This document shows, one piece after another, positions 1 through 11,400 of a DNA stretch of 64,000 nucleotides. Each line of letters begins with the position of its first letter. Positions within the stretch are counted from its first letter, which is position 1. The position numbers and the translations under genes are program-made. The DNA is from Laetmonice hystrix (lineage: Eukaryota), in NCBI GenBank assembly GCA_965235115.1, contig OZ249448.1:19716001-19780000 (forward strand). The letters run 5' to 3'. Under the pieces are notes generated by a model, which saw only the letters and a program-made list of their open reading frames with translations, was not told the origin of the DNA and made no database searches.

Positions 1-1819
1 TTAAATGGCGGCACTATCAAAATACAGAGTGCAAATTCTTAAATAACTCGGCTGCCAATGTGGATCGCCGTAGGGCTGTGTTCCTTGTTGAATTCATACT
101 GCTGAAATTTCACTCCTTTTATCTACGACTTTTATGGTTTAAAGAACCGTAGAACTGTATTTAAGGTCATGTGTTTTTAAATATCAAACATTGGCAATGC
201 ATTTACACTGGCCTTTAACCGATTGCTCTAATTTCCGACCTTTTGTTTATTTCTCTTTCCAATATTCAACACATATTTATGAGTTGCCGTGTAATAACAT
301 GTCACCTTGTGTAATAAAGCCAGATCAATTCGGACATATTTTTCCGAATCTAACCTGAATGTCATTAATTTGGTGTAAGCTAACCGTCCTGAGAATGACG
401 GCTACATGTTTTCTCTTCCGCGGGATCTGGGCTGATGTAAACAAACAGGTCTGGCAGCAAGTGATGCTATTAGCTGCTGCAGTAACATGGTAACAATAGA
501 CTCCGGTCTTTCCGAGAACCCATTTTGTCAGCACTGAGGACCAGCGTGGCTGATTACAAAGAACGGCCTGTTTGGCTCTAAGACGTATTCCGGTTAGTGG
601 TGTCTGTCTCTCTTGGAGCAGTAATAACATTCACATTCACACACATCTCTGTCACTGAACCCACAATACCTCATCCAGCTGAATGGCAATTTCGTTAACA
701 TCTTGTCAGAATGTATGAATCTAAATTTGACAGAGCTGCGTGACTTAGACAAAACATGGACAAAAGTCCGGCAAACCAGGAGGATATTACGCAGTCGGCT
801 TTTTATGAGAAGGACTGTGAAGGTAATAAACCGGGCTTGACAACTGTCACTGTCTCCATGTGCTGGAATTGGAATCTCTAGCGTCATCAGTTCAACCACA
901 GGACAGCCACTCTGATCAGCGACATCCCTCTGACAATATCCATCTATGGTGATTAATTTGTTCTGTTATGAACTGTCGACTTGGTATTTTGCAGTCCCAC
1001 GTCGGGAGTGCATGGTCTGGGAGTGTGCCGTGTAAGGCAGCGTCTGGGCCATCAATTTGTGGCTCGGTGGGACGCCCAGTTCCAGCGAGTGTCCTCAACC
1101 CGCGATATGATAGAGTGAAAGCAACATACAGAACACATAATGGTGGCGACACTTAAAACACACATTATCGGGGGCGCTGGATACATTTAATGACGACAAT
1201 TAGGCGTGGAATGAGATCCATAGATGGTCCCATTAACTGTTCCTGCTGTGGGGTATTCTCACCCATTACACCGTCCTGCCCCGGACGACTGCCCCGCTAT
1301 CTTTTCCATATTACGAATACACAGTTATTAGATTTCTCTGATTGCGAGATTTGTTGGGGCACTAAAGTATGGATCGCCCACCATCGAAACTATTCCCTAT
1401 ACTTCACTACTTACAGCTTCGAAATTGGTTCATGAAAAACGCTATATTATTTTTGCAGTTTTCTTGGTATCCATGCTCAACAGCATACAATTCTTTATTA
1501 CACAAAATTGTGCACTACGTATACTTTTAGCCTTTTATTAGAATGGACGTCTGAACTCAACTGTGACAGACGAAATCGTTTAATCACGATATCAAGTTAA
1601 GGACAGGTCTTATCTCCATAAAGCTATCTTCAAACTACCCCTCAGCAAACTACCCCTCAGCTGAGATAGGACAATACCAAATTTTATCAATTTGGTATCG
1701 CCTAGCAGAATGCGTCCATATCATCCCACGTGCCTGGCTGAGTGGAAACTTTGGCATGCCAGAGACATGGGTAATTTCAACTGCGGCGCTCACGATGTAC
1801 CATACAGCCTCAAGGTTCC

Positions 1820-2110
1820 TCCACAGTCACCATTCAATCTTATATGCCATATATTTCTTACAAGATGATTAACAAGCCACAATAATTTCTTGCCATACAT
1901 TGAAGGCAGTGCTGATGATGCATGCAAAGGTAACCAAGTGGAAAAGACAGAGTGTGCAAGTGAGAGAGTGGACAGTTTTGAGGGTGTGTGCAGCACAGCA
2001 TTAGAAGCTCGATGCGAGATAGTCGATCAGGGAAGCACTGGTAATGAGGGCGTCCACTGTGCCATGCTGTAGCAGTGTGGGATAGTTTCAACCTAAATGG
2101 GAGTCGTTCG
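1820..2110 (-). mobile_element. Possible decayed L1/Tx1-type LINE ORF2 C-terminus (zf-RVT region)
   Basis: Minus-strand translation gives 'VETIPHC' then 'KKLLWLVNHLVRNIWHIRLN', resembling the ET.xH..xC and W...IW..RN pattern of L1/Tx1 C-termini. Contains stops; motif recall only. Confidence 0.3.
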
Positions 2111-4849
2111 TCTTGGCCCACAATGGACGAAGCGAAAGTAGCCTCCTCGTGATCATCTTGATGAGCCGATGCATTGCTCGTAATTGTGCAATTGCTGACA
2201 GCTTCTAGACACCGCAGGCACACTTGTGTACCAGAAATGTTTTCCTGTCATTACCGCACTCGTTCTGCCCGAAACACGAGGGACATAACACTCAAGTATT
2301 GATCACTTGGTCATGTGGCTCTTGTAAAAGAAATCCATATCCAAGTTCATTTTTACTCACAAAAATTAATAGAAATTCTGCGTCTATGAGCCCATGAAAA
2401 AAATTGGTAGAATATTCGAAAGTTTGGATGAGAATCCTACAAATAATTTGATACATTAGGCTTTTTTAATGCCCTCTTTAGCCACACAAACTAGAAACCC
2501 TTTTCCTTTGCCTACATTGGCCACGTATAGCTATTACTATTTCTCCTGTCTACTACTGTCTTCTAATGTAATTATTGCTCTCTTCCATTATCAGTGCATT
2601 CCTTTATACCTCTCCCTATCTGACACACAATACTCTCGTAATGAATACATCTTATATGTCCCGTCATTTACTCAGCTAAGTCTCTGTCAGGGACTGATGA
2701 GAGCAACTGATTTTCTCCACATTCCTCTCCCTGACTTCTAACGTGTCTCTGTATTCCTATGTCCATCTTCATGTATTTATTTGTTAATACTGATATATTT
2801 GAACGTCTACATTATTTTACAGTGTTCAGGGCGTTGTGATGCTGTCTTGTAGTTCTTATATCCTTAATTCCTACCCGGTTTACCTCAATGCTACGATTTG
2901 TGCAGCCAATCTCATTTTCTTGCTGAGTAAGAACTTCAGCTGCTTTATGGCACGGACCTAGGAAGGGACCCACATAAGAGCTTCATCGTGACCCAAGCCG
3001 AGTCCCATGAGACAACCCATCATGGCCTGAGATCCAACATCCCCTCGGATGACAAAAGGCAGTTGTCAGGATCGCAAGGGCAAGAAATCTGAACCCCCAT
3101 CCCTAACCCAATAATATGTGCTTTGATTAAAAGTGCAGCTCAAGAGCACAATACGTAACTGCCTAACCATGTTTGTGTCGGGTGACATTATCTATGGTGG
3201 CCAGAGTTGCAGTTGTGATGATGATTGCTGAGGCCAGTGTCTTGGCTGACCAGTCCGATATGATTACGATGGTCCATGTCACGACGGTCGGCTGCGGCAC
3301 CAATGGTATCTATATATGGACGCCGCTTCTGACCCTTTCCAGCATAAACTGTCGCATGATTGGGAAGCAGTCTGCAAACTATGTGGAACTCACATTAGTA
3401 TCAGATTATGACAGCTATTTCAGAGGCACCCATCTGTAAAGGAGAAAAAAGGGACGATAACACACTTGGCTGGATGAACTGCCCTTCAGACAAGTTCAAC
3501 GGTTCGATTCAATTGTCTTAAGGCAAACTTGAGCATTAGAGTAGATGGTGACGGTGTCATTTCAGAGGGACCCCAATCATTATTTCCATCAGATATCCAT
3601 AGGCAAAGGCCAGACATTGCGTTTTGAATTTTTGCTCCTCCAGACATAAAGTTCCCACTGGAATGAACAATTGCACAATGGCTAACATCAGCATTGGCCA
3701 CACTGATTGTGGATGGTGCACGGCTTACAGCATTCACTATACGTTGGCTTCCATTGCATGTCTGTTTTAGAACGAGCATTCTGGACAGTAAAGATAAAAA
3801 AGACATGGCCCCCTGGGATCAGGAAAATTGATTCTCCAGAAAACAGAGGTGAGCAGGGTGTAATGGAGCTCTTCTCGGCGGAGGTAGGAATCAGTAGCTT
3901 GGGGTGGCCGGCGTCCATGGAGACGCCCCCTGTGGGACGGAGCGGCGGCGGCCGTGTTAGCTATCTGATAAATGGTCCCGGCCAGATTTGCACTGTTGGT
4001 TGACACTAGAATCATGTATTCCTGCCACAGTGGACATCACCAATTGCTGCAACTGGCGGCCACTCGGTAAGGAGGGACACATTTGCTTCCTAACTGCTCC
4101 AACAACGTGGTTTATTTTACTCTTACATGCCTCATTTTGAGCTTCAGAAGCATGATTCAATAGTGACGAGAAGTAGGATTTCACAGTCCTTGAGAGGAGC
4201 AGTGAAAATTGCGAGTCAACCTCCTGAAACCGTCATACTTTTCGGCTGTGTCTGTGAACGTCAGAGAGAAACAATTGGTCCTTGGGGCATAGCAGTCATC
4301 AGAGACATTTTACCTGGAACCAATCAATAGAGTCCTCCAGTGAAGTCCACTTGTGTCCCGTCTATCTCCATCTCAGCAAAGATGGAAGCCGCTGGAGGAG
4401 GACACTGCCGCCCTCCAGGCAGTTACCAAGGGAAAGCGGCTGGGCGCAGGGCGGTGCACAGACTTGCTGATGAAAAACAACCTATAAATCGCTATTTGTA
4501 ATAGGAGTTCCTGGTGAGGGAAAATTGGAATTGGGTGTCTATGGACCTTGCACCACATGGGGCATCTCAAACCATATTTGTGAATTCGATCTGGTATATT
4601 CAATGATATCCTCACCACAGAGAACAGCAGCCAGGCTGCATTCCTTAGTATGCGATAACTATGAGATAAAAGAACCAATATTAAATAGAGCTTGATGTAC
4701 TTGGATATAAACCTCACATTCAATCTCTATAGTCAAGGTGTATAGTATAGATTGAAAAGGTTTCTCCCGACCCCACGCAATAAAAAGACTAGGAATTCTG
4801 CATTAAGAAGAAGTTACAGTCAGTTAGAGCTGTTTGGTTAGAGCAAAGT

Positions 4850-5320
4850 ACGGCGATGTGTCTCGTCCCCTGCCTCCACGATAATGGTAGGGAAGCCCCC
4901 AATCGTCAAGCCACGACCGGAAAAAGAGGATTCAATGGCATTGATATTCAATTAAATGGTGTTGGTCGGCCATATGTGATCTGCCTCTAATGGGCAGTGT
5001 TTATAAAGATCTCGTCATTTAGTGCTGGATGTTGGGATGACGAGTACATCTTATAAAGCCATGTCAAACTCAGGGAGGCTTTGTGTGAACCATGGAAAAC
5101 AGGTAGCAGGGAAGGCTAATGGTTACCCTGGAAATAATACAGTAAATCACCTGGCCTGGACAGTGATTACTCCCATCACTTTCCCCTCATGTCAAAATTA
5201 TGATTCACTCGCCGTATATCTGGTGACGGGACACAGCGATGCTCTCTCTCAGCCTATGCCAGCCGCCTGCTGTGGGGGGATTCTGTTTGATGTATCTCTC
5301 TGTAACCACAGTTACAATGT
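4850..5320 (-). mobile_element. Possible decayed DIRS/Ngaro-like tyrosine recombinase remnant
   Basis: Frameshifted minus-strand motifs in the expected order: 'ASLCPVT' (~5230), 'RPGDLLYYFQG' (~5150), 'FSGRGLTIGGFPTIIVEAG' (~4870-4925; cf. YSGHSFRIGAATTAAEAG). Spacing is about twice canonical. Confidence 0.33.
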
Positions 5321-7089
5321 CACCGCTTCCAGCCTGGACGCTCAGGTGATAAAGAAACACCCGCTAGAGGGCAGCAGGTACTGACAAGGGGAGGTCACCT
5401 TCACGGATGACTGGCTCCATGAAAAATGATATTCCCTCCCGTCATGAAGTATGTCGCCGATGCTGTGTACCCATGATAAGTTCCTCATTATTGTACTGCG
5501 GTGAATCTATATTGTGCCCTGAAACCTTCGCAATTAACAACTGACACTGGACAGATAGGAAATAGGTTCAAACTCTCAACAGACCATGATGTCAATTTTA
5601 TTACAGCGTGAAAGTGTTTTTGTTATTAACTTCAAGATAACAGAATATCTCTGACGACTTGCTGTATCGAAAGTTGGAAACAACAAACAAACGATTCAAA
5701 ACTATTCTAGAACTTCAGGGTAATTGAAAGACAATGGCATATATGTACACTGACAAGATGTAATCTAGAACTCCCTCCCACCTTTGAGAGACAGTGGCAA
5801 CAATTCCTCCATCAATTATTTCTGCATCTGGATTGTCAGTCGAATCACTCTCATTTACTATACTACTTACAATTCATACATCAGACGTCAATATAAACAC
5901 CCTCAATTATGTATACTACTTATAAATCATAGCAATGTCGGTAGAATCACTACTACAGTGATTGATCTTTCCCATTTACTTTGTATTTCATTATACACAC
6001 AGGCACCAGAAAATACCATTACCATCATAACTGACAGGTCCAATCACTCTATTCTATATGGGTCTTTCATTAGTCTTTGATCAAAGAAAATAAAATAAAT
6101 ATCCATTAGAATATCTCGAACTCCGGCGTCTTGCGATCACAGAGACAATATCAGTTACGTGGACTGGCACTTTCTACTCCTGGAAGTAATGTAGCTTAAA
6201 ATAATCTTTTTCTTTTGGCTTGGAACGACTGTTGATCACGAATCCCTTCTTAGTATTCCAACAGAAGAGTTCACAAATATAATCCCATAAATCTCTTCCT
6301 GCTTACCACTCTTCGTCTCAGCAGTTGTGATTTTCAGACATTTCAAGTAGATCAAACTAAGCCAGCATTTGTTGCATGCAGACACTTGTGTACTGGCCAC
6401 GATACACCGGTTGTAACTCAGATGTGTAAGCTGACCTCACTGTGTGTCGCCGTCGCCGGGCTTTGAATGCAGGCTTGTCAGCCTTTCCTGATTTACTTGC
6501 TCATGGTGGCAGCAGCAAGGACCAGCTGGTCCCATGTAACCCTATGATAACCACTAAACTGCCATGATTTAGCGTCTACTTCAAGCATAAACTTCATACC
6601 AAGTCCCCAATCCCAAACTGAACAATCCCGTGTTAAACACTGGCGCCCTCCAGTGGTCAGAAGATGCACCTTCTTGGCAATAAAAACAAGGGAGGACATT
6701 CGTCACTGCCTGATGGACGCTGCGAGCGGGCCGTGGTCTCTCCTCATCGTCTCCTCGCCATGGAAACCAAGCTGCGCAGTTTTATTGAGATTGTAACGTG
6801 TCAAGCAGAATGCTCTCCTGGTGAAAACAAGGTTTGTGAAGCTCATCAGCCTGTATTCTCCTGTTAAACATTACAAGTGCTCTCAAAGGAGTAATGCCAG
6901 TGGAACTGACATTACTCAAGGACTTCCACAAAACATAAATCCAATTGGTTGGCATTCTTTGATAACTGAAGGGTTCAGCAAGAAATAAGAATATTGATAC
7001 GGATAATGAAAAGCCCCAGTGTGCCGGAATTGCTTCAGTTATTCAAATGCTTTACAATCAATTTTAAAATGTCTCAGTTCAAGAAATAT

Positions 7090-7225
7090 ATTTCTAAGCT
7101 CCAATCAAAATCAATAGCAATATTCAAAAGGCCGCTGGGAGACAGGGGCGTCTGGGAAGGAAGATTTCGATTTTCCAACCTGAGCATCAACTGCGCTGTA
7201 TTATTGTCATATATCGCAATCTGAT
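7090..7225 (-). mobile_element. Decayed L1/Tx1-like reverse transcriptase fragment
   Basis: Open minus frame 'AIYDNNTAQLMLRLENRNLPSQTPLSPSGLLNIAIDF' resembles L1 'AIYDKPTANIILNG...QGCPLSPLLFNIVLE'. No convincing YADD at the expected distance. Confidence 0.4.
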
Positions 7226-9185
7226 GTTGCCATTCAATAGTCTGTCACCTTCCACTTAAGAATAGAAAGGCGCCTGATTTCCTGCCAGCCGACTGGTAGT
7301 CAATAGATTACTAAGCCTGCTGAAACAGTCTTTATCTATGCAGTTCCAGTGGAAAGCGCTGTGATTGGGCCTGCTGTGAACAGTAGCCAAGAGGTGTGCG
7401 CATACATCAGCAGTAATTTGACTGGCCATTCAAGGATGGAGTGACACCAACTTTGAAGAGCCTGTCAACAGGAGCATACTTCTCTCAAGGTCGCTCTCCT
7501 CTGCTGGCTGTGACCTTTCTGGGGTAAAGTGGCAGTTGGGGCAATGTCCGAGGGGTGGACATTAGGCCAGTGATTACTACCACTGGAGTGGAACCCTCCA
7601 CTGTATAGGGCGGCACTCTGCTGGGGTCCCCGGTTGTTCAGGAGGATAGCTTGCTCCCATGGCAACCAAAGCTAGCTACCACCTTACCAAATACTATCCA
7701 ATGGCTCCCCTTAGATGATAACCAATGTAGCCTTTCTTCTTCAAAGTTCAAACAAGGAAAATTTAATTCTTGTTAAGTCGAGACTATGAGAAACTTGCAT
7801 GAATATTTACTCTATCCTGGAACCTCATTGTGGAAACCCCAAGAAAAGTGGGGTTTTTTTTACAAAAGGCGTTAGCATCTATCTGTTGGCAGTTGCTCAT
7901 GATATGTAATCATCTCTCTGGAGAAAAACAGTTGTTGAACTCAATCCCCAGCGGTTGAGTTTCAGGCTGAAATTTTACTTCCTTAGCATGCGTCAGGATA
8001 GAGCGAATGGCGACCTTGCAAACCACTTCTAGTGCAGTACGTTGAGAAAGTAATTGTTTTATGCCTCGTCGGCAAGCTCAGTTGATCTTCACGACGAAAG
8101 TACCAGACATGCACTGAGAACGTTGGAGATGAAACTATTATTAACGGAGAATGATTGAAACAACGACAATACCAGAAATGGGAACCAAAAGAAACAAGGA
8201 TAAGGAAGCCCTCCGCCGCCTCACACGTCATAATGTAGCATAGAACCTGTTCTATCACCACAGTGAAGGAGCACCAAAGTTTCTACTATTGAATACACTG
8301 AAAACTTGATAGTTGGGTTTTCCGAGCAGAATTCAACATTCATGCATCTACTTATATCTAAATCGGTAAATAATTTCGTTAAAGCTCAGAATGATTCAAC
8401 TCCTACTGCAGAACTGGCAACCAGGTACAATTAATGACTTGGTAATTATTGGCATTTTGTTCGAACAGAATTCGCAATGCTTCATGATATCTTCTTATAG
8501 GAATCTCATTTTTAAAATTCAAATATCTACCTCTGTCATAATGTCTACCTGCGAGGTAAGGATACTTCAGGAAATCATCTTTTGGGATCCGGTATAATAA
8601 ATGAAAACTGCGTTTGTTAACACACCAGTCTGTTATTGGGTGCAACCTATCTATTTCGAACAATAAACAAGAATTCCATCCTGTAACGTTATTTCGATAT
8701 CTTTATGTCTCCGCTTCTTGAATCTTCCGAGACGACAAAAGAAGTCTTTTAAAGTGCAGCTGACATGGAGACATGGTTCCTTATCAATTCTGGGCCACAA
8801 GGATGGTCCTGATAGAAAGCACACAATTAAATGTACGCTGCCACTAGGAGCAAACAACTGAGGTTGGATGTTGTTGCTTCAGCCACAACTGAGGGGTCAT
8901 TAATGTTTGTCCTGCCAATCAAAAGCAGCATCAAGGGAAACGTAGGAACATCTGACATCATGCCATCATCAGAAGGACTCGAGTACAAATGCCTGAAACT
9001 CTGCAGATAACGCAAAAGTCAATATTAGTTCGCAGTCACCACCAACTGTCTTCGCTCTGTCTGGGCAAAAAGATCTTCTAGAAATGTTTTGGAATCGTTT
9101 TTATGTTACTTTTCTCCTTGACGTTTGGTTTGCCTTCACCGAAGAAATCCAGTAGTACCGAGTTGGGACAACTAGCAGAATGATA

Positions 9186-9393
9186 ACACATTCTAGTAAT
9201 AACGGAACGTTACAATGGTAACACATTCTAGTAGTAACGGACGTTACAATGGTAACACATTCTAGTAGTAACAGAACGTTACAATGGTAACACATTCTAG
9301 TAGTAACGGAACGGTACAATGGTAACACATTCTAGTAGTAACGGAACGTTACAATGGTAACACATTCTAGTAGTAACGGAACGTAAAATGGTA
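9186..9393. repeat. Minisatellite, 6 copies of a 34-35 bp unit (ACACATTCTAGTAGTAACGGAACGTTACAATGGTA)
   Basis: Read directly: head-to-tail units start at 9186, 9221, 9255, 9290, 9325 and 9360, with 0-2 differences each. Confidence 0.97.
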
Positions 9394-11164
9394 ACTAGTA
9401 CTTCTCCTCTGATTGGTTGGGGAGGGTATAGACCTGGACGGAGAAGCAGGAACATTTTCTCGGCCAATATAATTCTAAATGCAGGACTCTCTTAATATCA
9501 AGTCATGTGGTTCTTCCTTTCAGCATACACCTCTTACATCTATTTCGCAGAATTAACCCAGTATCTTCTTTCGGAAGGCGCTAATCACTACCTATGTTTC
9601 CTTAATGAAATCTAGTAAATGGACTATCAAGCCCTTACGCAACATTGTAAGGCATCTTCTAGATTTGCCTTTATCATTTAAAAAAAATAATCAACATTAT
9701 TCGTCAATCTTGATACATCAATGACAGTGGACAAATTAAACATCCTAATGCATGCGGCGGAAAGCTTGCGGAACAATAGATCATCGGCAATAAATAAGAA
9801 TATAACAATCTCAAATCAGGCACTGCACTACCACATATACCAGTTACAAATCTAGAGTGGTGACAGCTAGATGTGCTGTCCAAATGGTATTAATCTCTTG
9901 TACGAATAGTTGTTTCAATACATCACAGACGATACCGAGATGAGAAGTCTACTTTCATTACGCAGTAACAATAAATCTGAGAAGTATCTCGAGATAAAAA
10001 TAGTTTTCTCTTCTACGCAAACATCTCCTATACATCGGACAATGAGTTTTTTTGTAACGAAACGAGTTCTATTCCACACTACCAAGAACTCAATAATTTT
10101 TATCTCTGGCCTTAGGGAAGGGTCGATTTTTGTCTCTGGCCTTTATATATGTAACAGCATCAAAAACCTCACGTTATTAGGTGACGTTACAGTGCAAGTA
10201 ATCTGTGGTTGCTGATATATTAGCAGGCACAGACATGAGCAGAACACTCCGTCTAAAACTGGTACATTTATATATAGATTTCCCAATGTTTTTCAACAAC
10301 TTTTATGAAATTATTACTGCACACAGAATTTTTATGGATGACGCAGGTCTAATCCAATTCCATATATCATACTATAGAAACGATTTCGAACTGCGATCAA
10401 CCTGCCTTCTTGTCAACAGGAAGAGCATTTAATATTTTCTTTCTTGCTGCTAGAGCCTTTGAAGAGCCTTTTTCTTATTAAATGACCTCTTATATGGGAC
10501 AGCCGAAGACGCACATTACCATCTACTGCATTCGGCACATTAACTTGTGGATTTGGAATACATTAGGCAAATTGGTATTGTAATGACTGCTGAGGGTTGA
10601 GAGCATTTTGGGCCGAGAGGCTCCAGTCATACTGTCCTGCGGGCCTCACCGTGGCTCCTGGACATAGAACTGCTGTGGGTCGCTTGCTCCAGACCCCAAG
10701 GTTAATTGCGCTTTATGGATAGACCCAAGTGAACCTTGTAGGCAGTCCATCGGGTAGGGACTGAGAACTGGGCCACTGGTTCATCAGGATGGGTTCAGTG
10801 CGTGGGATCATGACGGGTAAAGGACCTGAGGGTAAAATCAGCCATGTTCTCTCTGTGACTGATCCCACCTTATCTCCTACCGTCAACCCTGACCACTGGG
10901 AAAGGAGAAAACTGTTGGTGAATAGCCAAGGTACAGTGATAGGCAACACAGAGAAATGACTCCATATTGGCCAACAATGGGTATCTTACAAGAAAAAAAA
11001 ATAATCTTTTGTCTTGAAGTTGGCACACATTGTGGTTGCCTGAAAGCAATAAATTGGCGCACGCTGCATGCAGCTAATATTCGACCTCACTTGGCCAACA
11101 CGTTGTACCGTTCTCTTAGAGCCAACCTTAAATTAAAAGAAGTATAGTCGTCTAGTAAAATTCC

Positions 11165-11400
11165 TAAAGGCCCAGTTCCACTAGGAGACTGGTCAGTCTC
11201 GAGCTAGTCGTGCGCGATTTCCCGCCAACCCCCCAACCCCCCGTCTCCGGCTGCTCGCGACTCAATCAAACATGTCTGAAACAGTCTCCTGCCAGTCGCG
11301 AGACTAAAATCGCGAGGCTGTGGCAGTCTCATGCTAGTCTCCAATAAATCGCCAGTTCTCTGAATTTTTCAGGTCGGGTGCCTCTCTTGCCTCTGACTAG
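11165..11400 (+). mobile_element. Truncated PIF/Harbinger-type MITE (left end only)
   Basis: Starts TA-AAGGCCCAGTTCCACTAG, like the GGCCC(A)GTT ends at 22183 and 28446. Body has repeated AGTCTC/GAGACT/GTCGCGA motifs. No matching right TIR found. Confidence 0.5.

Noticed and set aside
1-218. Possible right end of a Kolobok-like element (…CACTGGCCTTTAA)
   Set aside because: No matching left TIR inside the window.
1706-1860. 'PYHPTCLAEWK' as a RING-v fragment
   Set aside because: The other Cys ligands and a suitable splice donor are absent.
3195-3260. 'GQSCSCDDDC' as a somatomedin-B motif
   Set aside because: Followed at once by a stop, with no CC pair.
3394-3433. 40-nt minus-strand exon with a strong acceptor and GTGAGT donor
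   Set aside because: Stops in all three frames, so not a coding exon; a non-coding exon cannot be supported without RNA data.
3707-4330. APE endonuclease-like 'GRSGGGRVSYLI'
   Set aside because: No ETW or GDFN motif at the expected positions.
6320-6400. PHD-like 'ACNKCWLSLIYLKCLKI' (LINE ORF1)
   Set aside because: Lacks the His ligand and the first Cys pair.
9101-9393. CRISPR-like array, or coding repeat ORF 9101-9328
   Set aside because: Units are head-to-tail with no unique spacers and no cas genes are present; the ORF is an artefact of the minisatellite.
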